DNA of 64,000 nucleotides from Verrucomicrobiales bacterium (GTDB lineage Bacteria; Verrucomicrobiota; Verrucomicrobiia; Limisphaerales; UBA1096): NCBI GenBank assembly GCA_002684915.1, contig NYWG01000162.1, positions 11,324 to 75,323 of the forward strand, read 5' to 3'. Shown piece by piece: positions 63,301 to 64,000 of this stretch (position 1 is its first letter; each line of letters starts with the position of its first letter). The notes under the pieces were generated by a model. It saw only the letters and a program-made list of their open reading frames with translations, ran no database searches and was not told where the DNA came from. The position numbers and the translations under genes were made by a program.

Positions 63301-64000
63301 CGTCAAATCTGAATTCATCGTCCTGTCTAGGAAAAGTTCCAACATTACCAAGCTGAGACGACGAAACAACTGCACCGTTGCTGCTTCTGGTATGTCCGCC
63401 GGATGCAGAGTCTCCGTATCTTTCGTGCCACGCCTTGGCTTCCGTACCACACTTGCCCGTGCCTCGGCAGATATCATTTAGCGCAAGATTTGGGTCATCG
63501 CAACTTGGTACATCTGTTAGCGGATCCGGTTGTTCGTCTAACGCAATCAGGTTGGGGCAGGTATCGGCGTCGTATGCATTTTCAAGTGTATACGGAACGT
63601 CTATTAAGTTAAAATCCGGGACGCCCGTTTCTTTGACATCAAATATGCGCGGTTTTGTTCGCGCAAATTTAGTTCCCGGAAATACGCCGTTTGGCATCAA
63701 GCTTATTTCATTTGCTTCGCACGTCGCGTCTCCCGCGCGCCAAGCCCTTCCTGCAACGCAGTCGTCGTTCGACGTGCAGTTTGTGTCTGTGTCAGAGCAC
63801 CGAGCTAACATTGTGAAGTCATCGATCGTCGTATTAGGATGCCTTTGTCTGTTGGAATATTCATTCTCATCAGCTTGACCAGCGGCTCCTTCAGCAGTAC
63901 CCCAAGTCTTATAAAAATTGAGAGGATTAGTAGAGAGCTGGCGCTCGTCCCTATAGCGATTGGACCATCCGCCAGGTGCTATTAAATAACCGCCGTCGCC
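57335..64000 (-). CDS. giant secreted or structural-type Cys-rich protein with C-terminal glycine-rich domain; 5' end beyond the window
   Basis: The frame is open from 64000 (63 codons upstream of the ATG at 63811 contain no stop) to TAA at 57337-57335. It has repeated Cys modules (CTSNDDC, CTSDNDC, C..C(Y/F) pairs) and ends LVLAGGGSGGS..NTGGGGAGGY..VRVGRGGVS. Confidence 0.85.
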   Translation of the reverse strand, partial: GDGGYLIAPGGWSNRYRDERQLSTNPLNFYKTWGTAEGAAGQADENEYSNRQRHPNTTIDDFTMLARCSDTDTNCTSNDDCVAGRAWRAGDATCEANEISLMPNGVFPGTKFARTKPRIFDVKETGVPDFNLIDVPYTLENAYDADTCPNLIALDEQPDPLTDVPSCDDPNLALNDICRGTGKCGTEAKAWHERYGDSASGGHTRSSNGAVVSSSQLGNVGTFPRQDDEFRFDVPAYNYYRSRCSKEPNQIYTTPDRCVFTWLGETPGNVGYKIRASSFYHDMPQAADGPYNTQYFGQPDTKYMPHKAMRNASKHVKNCEWRRRYPTSGPGWSMSPDYFYANPGYSNDWFYYRTDNGVAGYHRNRCTYFGTEFNGESCSNDYDCFCDEEDENCWEDNKCVNNTDIDWDRREGVLLDGAGVVRNEFLIQYASALYGSWDGTNQMYFGSGPTHSGAFDTDYDLRTNLCHEDEFWSSERGLYYHYCESGLGASQHGMDHLCTDDLDNIGEYYGYYGTKRRLSAIEDENGHADFSTIEGEWIEFEMPPGSYVRPTTIQVGSVAGAYEGAHTAGLNNEDLAFSGSPKDWKVYGYVPSGFREGGDPMWRELVSKSDEVPSIGLNGSSYDCGDGVDTDVADANCTALYTKFALVIKKIHGDPTVFSYGYGGDGIDEVSMATVAHFRVEGHEIDGGQDAQLYKVSSLDRGTCIGGDKDGDDCSDNYACPSGSCDTSPAARPQKWETFLPNWKYHKNSSGFDFSIYDDDETDGLNEQFKSCAMACDHSVYGFYGLKTCSNAGDLCTSDNDCAGSDRCEGLATTSSTTMSDKYSAGCTNDCCYKTCLEQLEEDDDVSNKTSLNGGKGKPADCAQYCYSDEDDPSNQGIPTYSENIELPENFRNDIYSKITIDDEEGLKDYFLDFDSKQRPGELSSRCYTKCEEHADNGKERAACANTCYGNPPFHVVNNENMLFNYLENDETVTYNYEPFLGEIQKMDKDSAVCTYKKSGVDGDWVTTDFVCESDFQCSDVFQKSTRHSHACIQPSSAWTIGDQCVLHTEFDGGGSPVYPDGPEPTPVCYNGKTISEQACEKYADAMGLDFYSNQLSPTGTRPNGCVNPYGCYEVSGMFHWVGYNTTSDCGSVGENFEFAKVTPKEESTGFCMSTEDLSSFTSDDFANLDDCNFDTDCADSATCFPYHQHCVKYLTDPGLDPRIGFIGDYEMPFNVNDGDPLNNLNANKACCWKSCSSDLTGPKTDQDIKACVAACFSNPVSQDQESTETGPPVITLSDKVMGATLSVSSAKPVLSHLDDWGGSRSEADFFDGDKSAPIGCFNTCVDATKSIANKHDGIDFTQVCAKACYAGSISYPSNSYNNYRVLPENPVTSTSKHYEANKLSEFMNADARFTCRQPTCKIDYCSALGLTKQGDDCVVKTEDQCGKLPNGHWENDECYKQEDPSLEQKIYGNSRYPHQKVCKYKNPFIADDADDAGEVTSARDPSYDTTRQTTLTPPTLPVKTACESSGYHARSDVLHNHDLVSLESGVDTDRDLWGDGVEGFSKFSSFDFTSVLDTFCYEDTFHNRSDAPKKPIDADGYVSYNRGYSGFIDFEKIDKAEFSIANVGNMPWAEKRCSGGSEIDTPNAASISCSTNEPCPTGAGTCTWDTSSVSHNSMTVIDDVEMTEFTKQFNPHKDAGKYEEYCAKRCYLKNTEENPDECAAWLLDITEPDEIPQCVLFANYDDDGNAIFWDDPNTKFTQNFDDACRDDKNETQDGEGHQCEKNKDTKQIMGFSYSIFNKLNAKGNDLVTNDVRDSEQLATNNITEQVAKNICGIGAGHDALRGCTSVKDVFASASSDLDAEPQWTCDNLSSFLSDDVLDCSNFYEERADGLKYKCAADTLDLSQFPINFQKCKAQSKPINYYEGGFDNYYRDVGCAEKVTLKEIEAVSDWDANSFGSSPTNIGTVTAVSPTWNVTPNQWAVDTTDGSIILTQSPSALGSYTLYVKITQDGVLIPNSQRLSAGTTPFSDAATLISAYNASGSYNNATSQGFIKAANFPDGMYFPKTDKFKTQKSISTIVTPDAPGLETFTIGTDYKALLYKCTGVVSPGEDCPDQSFTIEEGGKDIDFLVLAGGGSGGSANSAVDITNSRNTGGGGAGGYRTSYNNHDDEDPEDADALLFKEPKLNLSPGIFEVRVGRGGVSDTISKMNGGDSYISAPKKLGRCKYFLDDDEFYEDED

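Overview
The window is densely coded on both strands, with about 70 ORFs (roughly one gene per 0.9 kb). Spacers are very short and AT-rich, no introns are evident, and TAA, TAG and TGA all act as stops. The gene content points to a large eukaryotic dsDNA virus (Nucleocytoviricota) of a photosynthetic protist. It includes a D5-type SF3 helicase, an RNA polymerase RPB5 subunit, and three separate mRNA-capping genes (methyltransferase, guanylyltransferase, TTM triphosphatase). It also includes HNH and GIY-YIG nucleases, a deoxynucleoside kinase, thioredoxin, a patatin-like lipase, many glycosyltransferases, several extremely basic SR/KR/SPKK proteins and many small membrane proteins. An own RNAP subunit together with unfused capping enzymes at about 40% GC (by eye) looks more coccolithovirus/phycodnavirus-like than mimivirus-like; that is inference only. 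Main second-look items: (1) a full-length cytochrome b6f Rieske gene (petC) with an N-terminal leader, embedded among viral core genes. (2) A Cys-rich, Gly-rich gene of more than 2630 codons running off the right edge, interrupted by one in-frame TAA inside a local duplication; it shares a Cys module with the convergent GT25 glycosyltransferase fusion. (3) Other plastid or lipid-type enzymes (FabI/FabL-like SDR, FabK/NMO-like, UbiA prenyltransferase, Deg/HtrA protease), some with leader peptides. (4) Four E3 ubiquitin-ligase genes of three classes, including an inverted U-box paralogue pair. (5) Two genes with broken reading frames (a deaminase and a GT2-like gene). (6) Recurrent AT-rich motifs abutting start codons. 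No tRNA, rRNA, CRISPR array or transposon was recognised. All functional calls rest on motifs read by eye, and no database search was possible. ORF-track TTG/GTG starts were trimmed to the first in-frame ATG. Coordinates include the stop codon.
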